From: an uncultured Candidatus Saccharibacteria bacterium
GTDB taxonomy: Bacteria; Patescibacteriota; Saccharimonadia; Saccharimonadales; AWTP1-31
Direction of reading: 5' to 3'
Assembly (NCBI GenBank): GCA_964629815.1
Contig: CAZVTA010000001.1
Coordinates: 189,226 to 253,225 of the forward strand
Length of the DNA stretch: 64,000 nucleotides
How positions within the stretch are numbered: position 1 is the stretch's first letter; every line of letters begins with the position of its first letter. Below the pieces are notes generated by a model. That model saw only the letters and a list, made by a program, of their open reading frames with translations. It searched no databases and was not told the origin of the DNA. Positions 33,584 to 42,715 of the stretch are shown here, in pieces. The position numbers and the translations under genes were made by a program.

Positions 33584-33652
33584 CTAATAAAACCGCCAAC
33601 GTCGTGAGTTCACGTAATACCATGTTGAAGCTGTTGAATTTTGTATTTGCAT
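33584..33652 (-). promoter_or_regulatory. Candidate leader peptide P2 MQIQNSTASTWYYVNSRRWRFY (aromatic-rich)
   Basis: Own reading; 6 of 22 residues are W/Y/F, with W19-R20-F21 as in P1. The stop lies 22 nt before terminator 33534-33561. Confidence 0.35.
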
Positions 33653-33680
33653 AGTCTGTTTCCGTGTGAGTGTTATGTTG

Positions 33681-33965
33681 CTAATATGCGAGATACGTCC
33701 GAGTTTCGCGTCGGACTGGCCTTACTGGGTCTGGACCGAGATCTGCGGGGTTTTGTGATGTTGTGTCTGTTTCCAGTGCGGCACATAGTTTTAACGATAG
33801 TTGCCCGCATGCATGCGTGCAGCGTGATGCATCTGTATCTGAAGGGCAGCCTTCTATATAGACGGCTTTAAGTCTGTTATAGACACCGAGCCTGTTGGTT
33901 TGTGGGTTTATGCGCTCGATTGCACCGTTGACTGCACCATATCCATTTTGGTCGAGTTGAATCAT
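33681..33965 (-). CDS. Hypothetical small Cys-containing protein (94 aa)
   Basis: ATG 33965 with a strong SD (AAGGAAATAATCATG). The longer track ORF reads through terminator 33997-34026 and is rejected. Contains CPSDTDASRCTHACGQLSLKLC. Confidence 0.45.
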   Translation of the reverse strand: MIQLDQNGYGAVNGAIERINPQTNRLGVYNRLKAVYIEGCPSDTDASRCTHACGQLSLKLCAALETDTTSQNPADLGPDPVRPVRRETRTYLAY

Positions 33966-33996
33966 GATTATTTCCTTGTTTCGTGTTATTGCTGAT

Positions 33997-34026
33997 ATAA
34001 AAAAACCGCCGTTACTGGGCGGTTTG
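33997..34026 (-). terminator. Rho-independent terminator
   Basis: Minus strand AAACCGCC-CAGTAAC-GGCGGTTTTTTTT. Confidence 0.8.
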
Positions 34027-34045
34027 TTATTCGTTAATTGGTGTT

Positions 34046-34126
34046 TTATTGATATGAATAAGCAAAGCGCCACGTATATGACGGTGTAAACCAAACTGAA
34101 TAAAATTGCTGTATTAAACTCTTCAT
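34046..34126 (-). promoter_or_regulatory. Candidate leaderless leader peptide P1 MKSLIQQFYSVWFTPSYTWRFAYSYQ (aromatic-rich)
   Basis: Own reading; 9 of 26 residues are W/Y/F. -35 TTGACA at 34164-34159, -10 TAGAGT at 34141-34136, and the ATG 9 nt downstream. The stop lies 19 nt before terminator 33997-34026. Confidence 0.35.
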
Positions 34127-34163
34127 AACACCACTACTCTATACAATATAGTACTGTTTGTCA

Positions 34164-34191
34164 AACAAAAAACCGCCCCGAAGGGCGGTTT
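34164..34191 (-). terminator. Rho-independent terminator after the 78-aa ORF
   Basis: Minus strand AAACCGCCC-TTCG-GGGCGGTTTTTTG. Confidence 0.85.
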
Positions 34192-34209
34192 AGATGAAGC
34201 TATATAAAC

Positions 34210-34446
34210 TTACTTTTCGAAGTCATTGATTGACACGGTTGATGTATCAATCGCTCCCTCTATTTGTACACTAATTCGAGGAATCAGTAGAGATCTGGTT
34301 TCGCGCCCGGTATCTTCGTCTATAAGCGTATGTAGTATACCTACAGTTAGAGCTTGTCTTTTCACCAATGGGGCATTCATATTACCTCCAACCCTGTAGT
34401 ATGATTCTCCTGGTGTCCCAGGTTCAAGTTCTGGTGTTAGTCTCAT
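34210..34446 (-). CDS. Hypothetical protein (78 aa)
   Basis: ORF-track ORF starting 10 nt after the rpsI stop. No family recognised. Confidence 0.45.
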   Translation of the reverse strand: MRLTPELEPGTPGESYYRVGGNMNAPLVKRQALTVGILHTLIDEDTGRETRSLLIPRISVQIEGAIDTSTVSINDFEK

Positions 34447-34456
34447 CGAACAATCC

Positions 34457-34858
34457 CTAACGCTTGGTGAACTGGCGTTGTTTTCGAGCGCCTTTTAGAC
34501 CAAACTTCTTGCGTTCTTTCTCGCGAGGATCACGACCCAGTAGGTCAGCACGTTTAAGGGTGCTTTTAAGATCTTCGTTCATGACTGACAGGGCTTTGGC
34601 GATGCCGAGCTTGATTGCATCGGCTTGGCCATTATGTCCGCCGCCAGAAACAACAACAGAAACGTCATATTTACCATTTTGCTCGATAACTGTGAATGGT
34701 TTTTCGAGTTCATTGAGTAGATATTTGCTGTTTTCGAAGTAGTCTGCAGCAGGTTTGTCGTTGATGACAACATTGCCCTTGCCTGTTGATAGACGGATCC
34801 GTGCAGTAGCACTTTTACGTCGACCGAGAGCATAGAAGTAGCTTTTAGCAGTAGCCAT
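34457..34858 (-). CDS. rpsI: 30S ribosomal protein uS9
   Basis: 133 aa; GGGHNGQADAIKLGIAKAL and a C-terminal ...KKFGLKGARKQRQFTKR. Confidence 0.96.
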   Translation of the reverse strand: MATAKSYFYALGRRKSATARIRLSTGKGNVVINDKPAADYFENSKYLLNELEKPFTVIEQNGKYDVSVVVSGGGHNGQADAIKLGIAKALSVMNEDLKSTLKRADLLGRDPREKERKKFGLKGARKQRQFTKR

Positions 34859-35301
34859 TATTTAGCCTCCTTCTTTAGTGAATATAGAGCTGGACTTTGT
34901 GCATGATGATTGTGATCTTCACCAGCGTATACCTTGAGCCTATCGAGGCGACCATCGCGTAGTTTGTTTACGGGTAGCATACCGCGAATAGCTTTGGTTA
35001 ATACAACGGTTGAATCGTCGGCCATCTGATCTTTAAGTGTCTTTTCCTTCAGGCCGCCTGGATGGTGTGAGTGGCGGTAATAGATTTTGCCTGTTTCTTT
35101 GTTGCCGGTTGCCACAAGTTTGTCGGTATTGATGATTACTACGTAGTCACCGCAATCGACATGACTTGTTACCATTGGCTTGCCTTTGCCGATAAGCAGG
35201 CTTGCTGCAACGGTTGCTACGCGTCCGATAGGTGCTTGACTGGCATCAAGTACGTACCAGCTGCGAGTGACGTCGCCTGGTTTTGCGCTAAATGTCTTCA
35301 T
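34858..35301 (-). CDS. rplM: 50S ribosomal protein uL13
   Basis: 147 aa; WYVLDASQAPIGRVA..., YYRHSHHPGGLK. Confidence 0.96.
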   Translation of the reverse strand: MKTFSAKPGDVTRSWYVLDASQAPIGRVATVAASLLIGKGKPMVTSHVDCGDYVVIINTDKLVATGNKETGKIYYRHSHHPGGLKEKTLKDQMADDSTVVLTKAIRGMLPVNKLRDGRLDRLKVYAGEDHNHHAQSPALYSLKKEAK

Positions 35302-35759
35302 TATTTGTCTTCCTTTGCTTCAGCTTTGGCTGTCTTCTTTGCAGGTGCCACTGTTTTCTTTTCAACAGGTGTAGCTGCTTTTGCAACAGGAGCTTCTGTA
35401 AGATTATCTACAAAACTTACGCGTGCCATTTCGGCGTTATCGCCGCGTCGGAGACCGAGGCGTTCGATGCGCAAATGACCACTTGCTCGTCCAGATAGTT
35501 TTGGTGCGATTTCATCGACGAGTTTATGTGCACTTTCGATGGTGCTCAAGCTGGCGATAATTTGGCGTCGGTTATGCAAGTCGCCCTTTTTGGCTTTTGT
35601 GATGAGTTTTTCGACATAAGGAACAACTTCCTTAGCTTTCTGAATGGTCGTTTTGATCGATTCGTCGCGAATAAGCGATTCAGCAAGACCCTTGATAAGG
35701 GCATTGCGTTGATCACGCTCGCGTCCGAATTTACGACCTTGATATCCGTGACGATGCAT
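35301..35759 (-). CDS. rplQ: 50S ribosomal protein bL17 with Ala/Lys-rich C-terminal tail
   Basis: 152 aa; MHRHGYQGRKFGRERDQRNAL is a typical L17 N-terminus. Confidence 0.95.
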   Translation of the reverse strand: MHRHGYQGRKFGRERDQRNALIKGLAESLIRDESIKTTIQKAKEVVPYVEKLITKAKKGDLHNRRQIIASLSTIESAHKLVDEIAPKLSGRASGHLRIERLGLRRGDNAEMARVSFVDNLTEAPVAKAATPVEKKTVAPAKKTAKAEAKEDK

Positions 35760-35761
35760 GG

Positions 35762-36703
35762 TTAGAGCTCCATCTCCGCCATTTTATCCTTAACTTCGTC
35801 GAGTGCTTTGCTACCAAAGCCTTTTAGATCACGAAGCTCAGAATCGCTGAGGCTAAACAAGTCTTTAAGTGTATGAATGTCGTTGTTAATCAATGCGTTC
35901 GTTGTGCGGGCAGAAAGATTCAAATCTTCGATGCTCGTGTTGAGTTCGTTTGAGTCTTCGCTATCGTCACCACCTGTGTCACCGGTATCTGCAGTTACAG
36001 GAGCGGCTGCTTCAACGCGAGTTTGTCCTGCAAGCGCAGTGTATTGGTTAACCAAAATTGCTGCAGCTTCTTCAAACGCATCACGTGGTGTAATGCTACC
36101 GTCAGTGTCGACAGTGATAAGTAGCTTATCAAGGTCGGTAATTTGACCAACACGAGTGTTTTCTACTTTATAGCGAACACGCATTACAGGGCTAAACACT
36201 GCGTCGAGTGCAATCATGTCGCTGTGCTTGCGGCTTGCTGACTCTTCAACCGTGTGGTAACCACGACCAGTTTCCACGACTAGGTCCATGACGAACTTTG
36301 TTTTGTCGTCGTCAACGGTTGCAATTACGTGCTCTGGGTTTACTACTTCAACATCTGCGTTAACAGTGATATCTTTAGCAGTAATTACGCCCTTGCCTGA
36401 TTTAGTAATTCGTAGCGTGTGGTTGTCGCCGTTAAATACACGGAAACGGATACCTTTGAGGTTAAGCATGATATCTACGACATCTTCTTTGACGCCCTTG
36501 ATGGTAGTGAATTCGTGTGTTGCACCTTCAACTTTGAAGGCGGTTATTGCGGCACCAGCAATGCTCGAGAGTAGTACTCTGCGGAGTGAGTTCCCGAGTG
36601 TCATGCCATAGCCTGTGTGTAGTGGCTCGATAGTAAATGTTGCAGATGTTTTACCGTGGTCATCAACCTTTACGAGCCCTGGTGTGTGAATAATTTTTGA
36701 CAT
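35762..36703 (-). CDS. rpoA: DNA-directed RNA polymerase subunit alpha
   Basis: 313 aa; an N-terminal domain (EPLHTGYGMTLGNSLRRVLLSS) and a C-terminal HhH domain (LNLSARTTNALINNDIHTLKDL). Confidence 0.96.
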   Translation of the reverse strand: MSKIIHTPGLVKVDDHGKTSATFTIEPLHTGYGMTLGNSLRRVLLSSIAGAAITAFKVEGATHEFTTIKGVKEDVVDIMLNLKGIRFRVFNGDNHTLRITKSGKGVITAKDITVNADVEVVNPEHVIATVDDDKTKFVMDLVVETGRGYHTVEESASRKHSDMIALDAVFSPVMRVRYKVENTRVGQITDLDKLLITVDTDGSITPRDAFEEAAAILVNQYTALAGQTRVEAAAPVTADTGDTGGDDSEDSNELNTSIEDLNLSARTTNALINNDIHTLKDLFSLSDSELRDLKGFGSKALDEVKDKMAEMEL

Positions 36704-36718
36704 ATTCGTTCGCCTCCC

Positions 36719-37342
36719 TTAGCGTGAGTAGTATTCTACGATTAGTTGCTCATTGATTTCTGGCTCTGCATCTTCTCGGGTTGGAAGACCAGTGACAGAT
36801 ATTTCAAATTTCTTACGATTAACTTTTAGCCAGCCAGGGATCTGGTCGTTTGCTGCTGGGCTAACATCATCGATACGTTTGAAGTATTCGTTATTTTTGC
36901 TCGCATCGCGAAGGACAATAGCATCTCCCTGACGAACACGAATAGATGGAATATCAACACGGCGACCATTAAGTACAAAATGACCATGTGTTACCAGCTG
37001 ACGCGCTGCGCGCCGGCTCACTGCAAGACCGCTTCGGTATATAACATTGTCGAGGCGTAGCTCTAGGTACTGCAACAGGTTTTCACCAGATTGGCCTTCT
37101 TTACGCTCTGCCTCGCTCATGAGACGCGCGAACTGCTTCTCTAGTAGTCCGTATAGTCGTTTTACTTTTTGCTTTTCGCGAAGCTGCAAACTATATTGGC
37201 TTGGTTTGCTGCGCATACCGCGACCATTTGCAGATGCACCAGGCATGCTGGTTCGCTTCATGAGAGCTTTGTGAGCTTTTGGATGAAGTGCGTAGCCTTC
37301 GCGACGACTCATCTTAACAATTGATTGTGTATCTCGTGCCAT
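36719..37342 (-). CDS. rpsD: 30S ribosomal protein uS4
   Basis: 207 aa; YSLQLREKQKVKRLYG and the S4 domain RLDNVIYRSGLAVSRRAARQLV. Confidence 0.96.
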   Translation of the reverse strand: MARDTQSIVKMSRREGYALHPKAHKALMKRTSMPGASANGRGMRSKPSQYSLQLREKQKVKRLYGLLEKQFARLMSEAERKEGQSGENLLQYLELRLDNVIYRSGLAVSRRAARQLVTHGHFVLNGRRVDIPSIRVRQGDAIVLRDASKNNEYFKRIDDVSPAANDQIPGWLKVNRKKFEISVTGLPTREDAEPEINEQLIVEYYSR

Positions 37343-37344
37343 GA

Positions 37345-37746
37345 TTAGATCCTTCGCGCTTTCTTAGGTCGGGTTCCACCGTGTGCCATACCTGTAACAT
37401 CATGAATGCTGTCTACGTGGATACCAAGCGTATGCACGGTACGAATAGCTGATTCTCGCCCAAGGCCAATGCCTTTTACAAAAACTGAAGCTTTCGAGAA
37501 CCCGTAATTTTGCTTAGCTGCATTGCCAGCTTTTTCTGCTGCAACTTGAGCTGCATAGGCAGTGCCCTTTTTAGAGCCACGAAAACCGCAACCGCCTGCG
37601 CTTGCTTGTGTAAGTGCGCCGCCGCTAGGGTCGGTAAACGTGATAATGGTGTTGTTGAACGAAGCGTAAATGTGGACTTGACCACTAGGAACTGATCGCT
37701 TGGTCTTCTTTTTCTTTACTGGAGTAGTTGTAGTTGTTTCAGCCAT
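37345..37746 (-). CDS. rpsK: 30S ribosomal protein uS11
   Basis: 133 aa; HIYASFNNTIITFTD and GFRGSKKGTAYAAQ. Confidence 0.96.
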   Translation of the reverse strand: MAETTTTTPVKKKKTKRSVPSGQVHIYASFNNTIITFTDPSGGALTQASAGGCGFRGSKKGTAYAAQVAAEKAGNAAKQNYGFSKASVFVKGIGLGRESAIRTVHTLGIHVDSIHDVTGMAHGGTRPKKARRI

Positions 37747-37753
37747 AATAATC

Positions 37754-38140
37754 CTATGTCTTAGAAGCTACTTTCTTAGCGGTACCACCAACAGTGACTT
37801 TTTTGCCACGGCGGGTTCGCGCATTTGTTTTGGTTCGTTGCCCACGTGATGGAAGTCCTTGCTTGTGACGAAGGCCACGGTAAGAACCGATATCTTTGAG
37901 ACGTTTGATGTTGGTACTTACGATTCGTTGTAAGTCGCCTTCGACGGTGTAGTTGTCGTTAATAAAATCTTGGATTCTAGAAATCTCTGCATCGGTAAGG
38001 TTTTTAACTCTTACGGTTGGTTCAACTTTTGTTGCATCCAAGATAGCTTGGCTTGTCTTTGGCCCGATGCCGTAGACATAGGTGAGAGCAATCTGAATTT
38101 GCTTCTCTGCGGGGATTGTAACACCGGATATTCGTGCCAT
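37754..38140 (-). CDS. rpsM: 30S ribosomal protein uS13
   Basis: 128 aa; [26 protein letters not shown]. Confidence 0.96.
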   Translation of the reverse strand: MARISGVTIPAEKQIQIALTYVYGIGPKTSQAILDATKVEPTVRVKNLTDAEISRIQDFINDNYTVEGDLQRIVSTNIKRLKDIGSYRGLRHKQGLPSRGQRTKTNARTRRGKKVTVGGTAKKVASKT

Positions 38141-38142
38141 AC

Positions 38143-38259
38143 TTAACCCTGCCTTTGCTTGTGCTTTGGCTTAAACTTGTTGATAACATACAAACGACCT
38201 TTTCGGCGTACGATCTTGTCGTCTGGACTGATTTTTTTTACACTTGCACGCACTTTCAT
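38143..38259 (-). CDS. rpmJ: 50S ribosomal protein bL36
   Basis: Not in the ORF track (38 aa). Own translation [38 protein letters not shown]; lies between infA and rpsM as expected. Confidence 0.9.
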   Translation of the reverse strand: MKVRASVKKISPDDKIVRRKGRLYVINKFKPKHKQRQG

Positions 38260-38301
38260 GCGGATCATGCTCCTTCTGTAGCGCATAACACACTGCTTAG
38301 T

Positions 38302-38523
38302 TTATGATTTGCGATAGGTGATTCTCCCCTTCGTAAGGTCGTAAGGGGTCAACTCAACCGTCACGCTGTCGCCAGGTACGATGCGAATGTAGTGTTTTCG
38401 CATTTTGCCAGCGACGTGAGCTATGATTTGATGTCCATTTTCAAGTTCGACACGAAATTGGGTACCCGGGAGGGTCTCCACAATTGTTCCCGTTAATTCG
38501 ATTACTTCCTTGTTTCCGGCCAT
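38302..38523 (-). CDS. infA: Translation initiation factor IF-1
   Basis: 73 aa; [41 protein letters not shown]. Confidence 0.96.
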   Translation of the reverse strand: MAGNKEVIELTGTIVETLPGTQFRVELENGHQIIAHVAGKMRKHYIRIVPGDSVTVELTPYDLTKGRITYRKS

Positions 38524-38576
38524 AAATATAACTAGAGGTTAATTGTAACAGATTACGTACTCTGTTGTAAAGAGTT

Positions 38577-40058
38577 TTATGATGTTTTCTTTCGTCGCAA
38601 AGGAAGCCTGAGCTTTCGTGTTTGTCGTGGTTCGTCTGAATCGCCGGTAAAGAAATCTGGCTGTTCGTATTGATCGTACGTGACCATAAGCGCACGTGAT
38701 TCGATTTGGCGTAATGTCTCGAGTGCAACAGATACCAAGATGAGTATACTTGTACCTCCCAGAGAAATGTTTGATTCGAGGAAGACCTGTCCAATTATCG
38801 GTAGGAGTGCAAGAAAGCCCAGTGCAAGCGCGCCAAAAAGTGTTAAGCGGTTTACGACACGACCAAGATAATCTTCGGTTTGAGTGCCAGCGCGTACACC
38901 TGCAATAAAGCCGCCCTGTTTATGGAGGTTTTCAGCAATTTCTTTGGCGTTAAATGCAATACTGGTATAGAAGAACGTGAACAAAACAACCAATAAGAAG
39001 TACACAACGGGGTAAATGTACGGCTCCCAGCCGCCTGCTGCAAACGATTGCGAACTGGGCTGTTGAAACCAACGGATGAGGTTTGCACCTATATCTTGTA
39101 GGCGCGCGCTAGATGATCCACTCATAAGTTGTCCCGCGAAGCTCGGCACACTCAGAAATGCAACCGCAAAGATGATTGGTACGACGCCGGCAGTGATGAG
39201 CTTTACAGGTAGTAAAGTTGTGACGCCGCCGTACGCCCGACTACCTTGTACGCGCTTTGCGTAGTTTATGGTGATCTTTCGGGAAGCTTCGTTGAGCTTG
39301 ATGATAAATATTGTCACGAGTAACGTAACTAAAGTTATGGCTAAGCTAATAAGGAAAGCTGTTTTGTTGACGGGAAGTGAAAAACCAAGAAGTTTCCATG
39401 TTTGCCCGCCACCAAATACGCCGCTAAAAATGCTTGCGATGGTACCCGGTAAGCTGCTCACAATGCCGACAGTAATAATCAGCGATATACCGTTACCGAT
39501 ACTTTTTTCGGTTATGAGCTCTCCAAGCCACATAAGAACCATCGATCCACCAGTTAGTGCTGCAACCATAAGGATCCACTGTGTCAATGAGGCATTTGCA
39601 GTAATATCACCAAGCCCTGCAATACTAGAAGCTGACTGGCGCACCAGATAGATTGCGCCGATAGACTGAACGATGGCTAGGGGGAATGTTAAGATGCGGG
39701 TGTACTGATTAATCTTTTTTCTTCCAAATTCGCCTTCTTTATTCAAAGCTTCAAGCTGCGGCAGAGCCCTGGTAAGTAGCTGCATAATGATGGATGCATT
39801 AATGTACGGTCCCAGACCAACGAGCATAATTGAAAAGTTTTTTAGCGCTCCACCCGAAAGAACATTAAGAAAACTTAAGAACTGTGAAGAATTTGATGAA
39901 AATACGTTTTCAAGTACTTGCTTCAGTGTCTTTGGGTCGCTTAAAGGAACAGGGATATGGGCTAGAATTCGAAAGACGAGTAGCATGCCAAGTACCGCAA
40001 GTACACGGTTGCGCATATCGCTGCTACGTAATGATTTCCAGATAACTTTCCAGCTCAT
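38577..40058 (-). CDS. secY: Preprotein translocase subunit SecY
   Basis: 10-TM SecY pattern (LLVFRILAHIPVP, GALKNFSIMLVGLGPYINASI). ATG 40058 with SD GAGGGA is preferred over the longer track ORF. Confidence 0.95.
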   Translation of the reverse strand: MSWKVIWKSLRSSDMRNRVLAVLGMLLVFRILAHIPVPLSDPKTLKQVLENVFSSNSSQFLSFLNVLSGGALKNFSIMLVGLGPYINASIIMQLLTRALPQLEALNKEGEFGRKKINQYTRILTFPLAIVQSIGAIYLVRQSASSIAGLGDITANASLTQWILMVAALTGGSMVLMWLGELITEKSIGNGISLIITVGIVSSLPGTIASIFSGVFGGGQTWKLLGFSLPVNKTAFLISLAITLVTLLVTIFIIKLNEASRKITINYAKRVQGSRAYGGVTTLLPVKLITAGVVPIIFAVAFLSVPSFAGQLMSGSSSARLQDIGANLIRWFQQPSSQSFAAGGWEPYIYPVVYFLLVVLFTFFYTSIAFNAKEIAENLHKQGGFIAGVRAGTQTEDYLGRVVNRLTLFGALALGFLALLPIIGQVFLESNISLGGTSILILVSVALETLRQIESRALMVTYDQYEQPDFFTGDSDEPRQTRKLRLPLRRKKTS

Positions 40059-40124
40059 AAAACATCCCTCATGTACAAAAAGTATAGCAGCTTGCAAGCA
40101 AGCTTTTACACTATATTGTGTATT

Positions 40125-40595
40125 CTACTTTGATTCTTTTTTTGTAGTCTTTGGTCGAGCAGTACGGTCAACAGGCTTGAATGCGCCCCCAGCTTTCTCG
40201 ATACTCTCAATAGCGGTTTTTGTAGCGGCTTGAGTGCTCACCGTGTGCTTTTTGGTGACATCGCCCTTAACAATAACTTTGACGCGAACATATTCACTCG
40301 AAATTAGTCCAGCTTCAGCAAGTTCTTTGTTAGAGATTGTTGCCCCAAGTTTGTCTAGATCGCCGGTATATACAACCTCGCTTGGAGTTTTGTGTGAGGT
40401 GAAGCCACGAAGCTTTGGAAAGCGTTGCATGAGTGGGTTCTGTCCACCTTCAAAACCTGGTTTGCGGCTGTATCCTGTTCGGGATTTCTGACCCTTTGTT
40501 CCGCGACCTGCAGTCTTGCCTTGCCCGGCTGCAATACCACGACCAACACGCTTTGGTGATGATTTGCCAGTGACGTTAAGTTCGTTGAATTTCAT
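40125..40595 (-). CDS. rplO: 50S ribosomal protein uL15
   Basis: 156 aa; KRVGRGIAAGQGKTAGRGTKGQKSR. Confidence 0.96.
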   Translation of the reverse strand: MKFNELNVTGKSSPKRVGRGIAAGQGKTAGRGTKGQKSRTGYSRKPGFEGGQNPLMQRFPKLRGFTSHKTPSEVVYTGDLDKLGATISNKELAEAGLISSEYVRVKVIVKGDVTKKHTVSTQAATKTAIESIEKAGGAFKPVDRTARPKTTKKESK

Positions 40596-40604
40596 GATCT
40601 ATAC

Positions 40605-41138
40605 CTACTTTTCAGTTGCTTTCTTAGCTTTTTTTGGTGTTGTGGTGATCCATTTGTGCGCTGGTTCTATGCTTTGAAGAGCAGCAAGGGTAGCATACGC
40701 AGTATTGGTCTTGTTGTTAGAGCCAAGCGATTTGCTCAGTGCGTTATGCACACCGGCAACTTCTAATACGGTTCGTACAACACCACCTGCGATAAGACCA
40801 GTACCGGCACTTGCAGGCTTGATCAGGATGTTTGCCCCACTTACTTTTGCCATCGCCTCATGAGGCAAGGTGCCTTTGTAAAGGTGGATGCTTACCATGC
40901 TCTTCTTTGCGACTTCCATTGCTTTAGCGACTGCGCTTGTTACGTCTGCGCCTTTAGCAGAGCCGATTCCAACTCGTCCTTTTCCGTCACCCACAACAGT
41001 GAGGGCGCGGAAACGGAAGCGGCGGCCACCTTTTACAACTCGAGCAACACGATCAATGTGTAGAACGCGTTCATCAAACTGTTTTTCTTCGACGATCTTT
41101 TCTCGTGGTTGGCGTTTGTTTGTCGTATCTTGTTGCAT
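40605..41138 (-). CDS. rpsE: 30S ribosomal protein uS5
   Basis: 177 aa; VARVVKGGRRFRFRALTVVGDGKGRVGIG. Confidence 0.96.
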   Translation of the reverse strand: MQQDTTNKRQPREKIVEEKQFDERVLHIDRVARVVKGGRRFRFRALTVVGDGKGRVGIGSAKGADVTSAVAKAMEVAKKSMVSIHLYKGTLPHEAMAKVSGANILIKPASAGTGLIAGGVVRTVLEVAGVHNALSKSLGSNNKTNTAYATLAALQSIEPAHKWITTTPKKAKKATEK

Positions 41139-41492
41139 TTAGAACTCCAGTCCTGCTTCGCGTGCTGCATCGGCAAGAGCCTTAACACGACCGTGATATA
41201 GTTTACCGTTACGATCAAAAACAACTTTATCGATTTTGGCAGCCTTAGCCTTTTTTGCGATTTCCGCACCGAGGTTTGCAGCTTTTTCGCTCATAGAACC
41301 CTTAACAGGCTTTCCTGTTGTGCTGACGTAGGCTAGTGTTTTATGGGTCGTATCGTCAATGATCTGTGCGGTAATGTGTCGGTTGCTAATGAAAACGCTC
41401 ATGCGTGGTCGTTCGGCGGTGCCGGTTACGGTAGCACGAACACGGTGTTTTCGTTGACGAAGATTGTGTAATTTATGTGCAATTCTATTCAT
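41139..41492 (-). CDS. rplR: 50S ribosomal protein uL18
   Basis: 117 aa; [20 protein letters not shown] and [19 protein letters not shown]. Confidence 0.96.
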   Translation of the reverse strand: MNRIAHKLHNLRQRKHRVRATVTGTAERPRMSVFISNRHITAQIIDDTTHKTLAYVSTTGKPVKGSMSEKAANLGAEIAKKAKAAKIDKVVFDRNGKLYHGRVKALADAAREAGLEF

Positions 41493-41494
41493 GA

Positions 41495-42034
41495 CTATTT
41501 ATCCTTACCTGACTTACCGCTCTTACGGATGATGCGCTCATCAGCGTACTTTATGCCCTTGCCTTTATATGGCTCTGGCTTCTTAAGTGCACGGATTTCT
41601 GCAGCGACCTGCCCAACTTGTTGGCGGTCAATACCAGTTACGGTGATAGTGTTTTGTTCAACAGTAGCTGTAACGCCGGCAGGAATCTTGTAGATAACGT
41701 CGTGAGATAAGCCAAGGTTGAATTTTAGGTCGGTACCTGCGAGTGCTACACGATAACCAACACCGTTGATTTCGAGCTTTTTACTGAAACCGTTTGTAAC
41801 GCCCGTTACCATGTTTGCAAGTAAAGCTCGCATAAGGCCGTGCTTGGCACGAATTTTTGGTTCGTCGTTCTCACGGGTTACGGTTACGGTTTCACCTTCT
41901 TGCTGAACAGCAATACCGGGCATAGTGAATTGTTTGAGTGTGCCTTTTGGCCCTGCTACAGTAATTTCGTCTGCCGCAATGGTGAAGGTTACGCCACTTG
42001 GTACGGTAATGGGTGTTTTTCCTACGCGACTCAT
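41495..42034 (-). CDS. rplF: 50S ribosomal protein uL6
   Basis: 179 aa; [15 protein letters not shown] and [11 protein letters not shown]. Confidence 0.96.
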   Translation of the reverse strand: MSRVGKTPITVPSGVTFTIAADEITVAGPKGTLKQFTMPGIAVQQEGETVTVTRENDEPKIRAKHGLMRALLANMVTGVTNGFSKKLEINGVGYRVALAGTDLKFNLGLSHDVIYKIPAGVTATVEQNTITVTGIDRQQVGQVAAEIRALKKPEPYKGKGIKYADERIIRKSGKSGKDK

Positions 42035-42035
42035 T

Positions 42036-42437
42036 TTAATACACCTTACAGATTAATTCGCCACCAACACCTTGGGTTTTGGCGTCCTTGCCTGTCATCA
42101 TACCTTTTGAGGTAGAGACAATAACAAGACCACGACCGTTTTTGACGGTTGGGATGTCTTTAGCTGTTGCATACTGACGTCGACCTGGCGTACTGATGCG
42201 CTGAATTTCGGTAATGCGGGCATTGGTTGCTTCGCTGTTAATAACAATGTGCAGGGTCTTGCCGATACTAGCATCGGTAACTTTTACGCTGTCAATAAAG
42301 CGATTATCTGCGAGCAAGCGAGCAACAGCCTCTTTCACGTTTGAGTGAGGCATGACAACATCGTGCTTACGAACCGCTATAGCATTGCGGATTCGAGAAA
42401 GCATGTCTGCGATTGGATCTGTAGTTACTTTTGTCAT
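42036..42437 (-). CDS. rpsH: 30S ribosomal protein uS8
   Basis: 133 aa; DPIADMLSRIRNA. Confidence 0.96.
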   Translation of the reverse strand: MTKVTTDPIADMLSRIRNAIAVRKHDVVMPHSNVKEAVARLLADNRFIDSVKVTDASIGKTLHIVINSEATNARITEIQRISTPGRRQYATAKDIPTVKNGRGLVIVSTSKGMMTGKDAKTQGVGGELICKVY

Positions 42438-42445
42438 AGTGCTCC

Positions 42446-42715
42446 TTACCAGCTGGCCTTTGTTACGCCAGGAATTTCACCTTTGCTTGCATGTTCACGA
42501 AATGCGATACGGCTGAGGCCAAATGTGCGCATGTAAGCATGTGGTCGACCGGTTTCCACACAACGATTCTTCCATCGTGTTGGCGATGAGTTTCGTGGTA
42601 GTTTGTGAAGACCTTCGACGTCTCCCAATGCTTTTAATTCGGCTCGCTTTGCAGCGTACTTTTTAATCATTTTCTGACGCTTTAGGTCGCGTGCCACAAT
42701 TGATTTCTTAGCCAT
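42446..42715 (-). CDS. rpsN: 30S ribosomal protein uS14 (long form)
   Basis: 89 aa; [24 protein letters not shown] ... [21 protein letters not shown]. Confidence 0.95.
   Translation of the reverse strand: MAKKSIVARDLKRQKMIKKYAAKRAELKALGDVEGLHKLPRNSSPTRWKNRCVETGRPHAYMRTFGLSRIAFREHASKGEIPGVTKASW

Noticed and set aside
33560-34165. T-box riboswitch upstream of the DAHP-synthase-like gene and trpS
   Set aside because: I looked for the conserved T-box sequence (AGGGTGGNACCGCG-like) and Stem I features on the minus strand and found none. The region is better explained by a small ORF plus two mini-ORF/terminator units.
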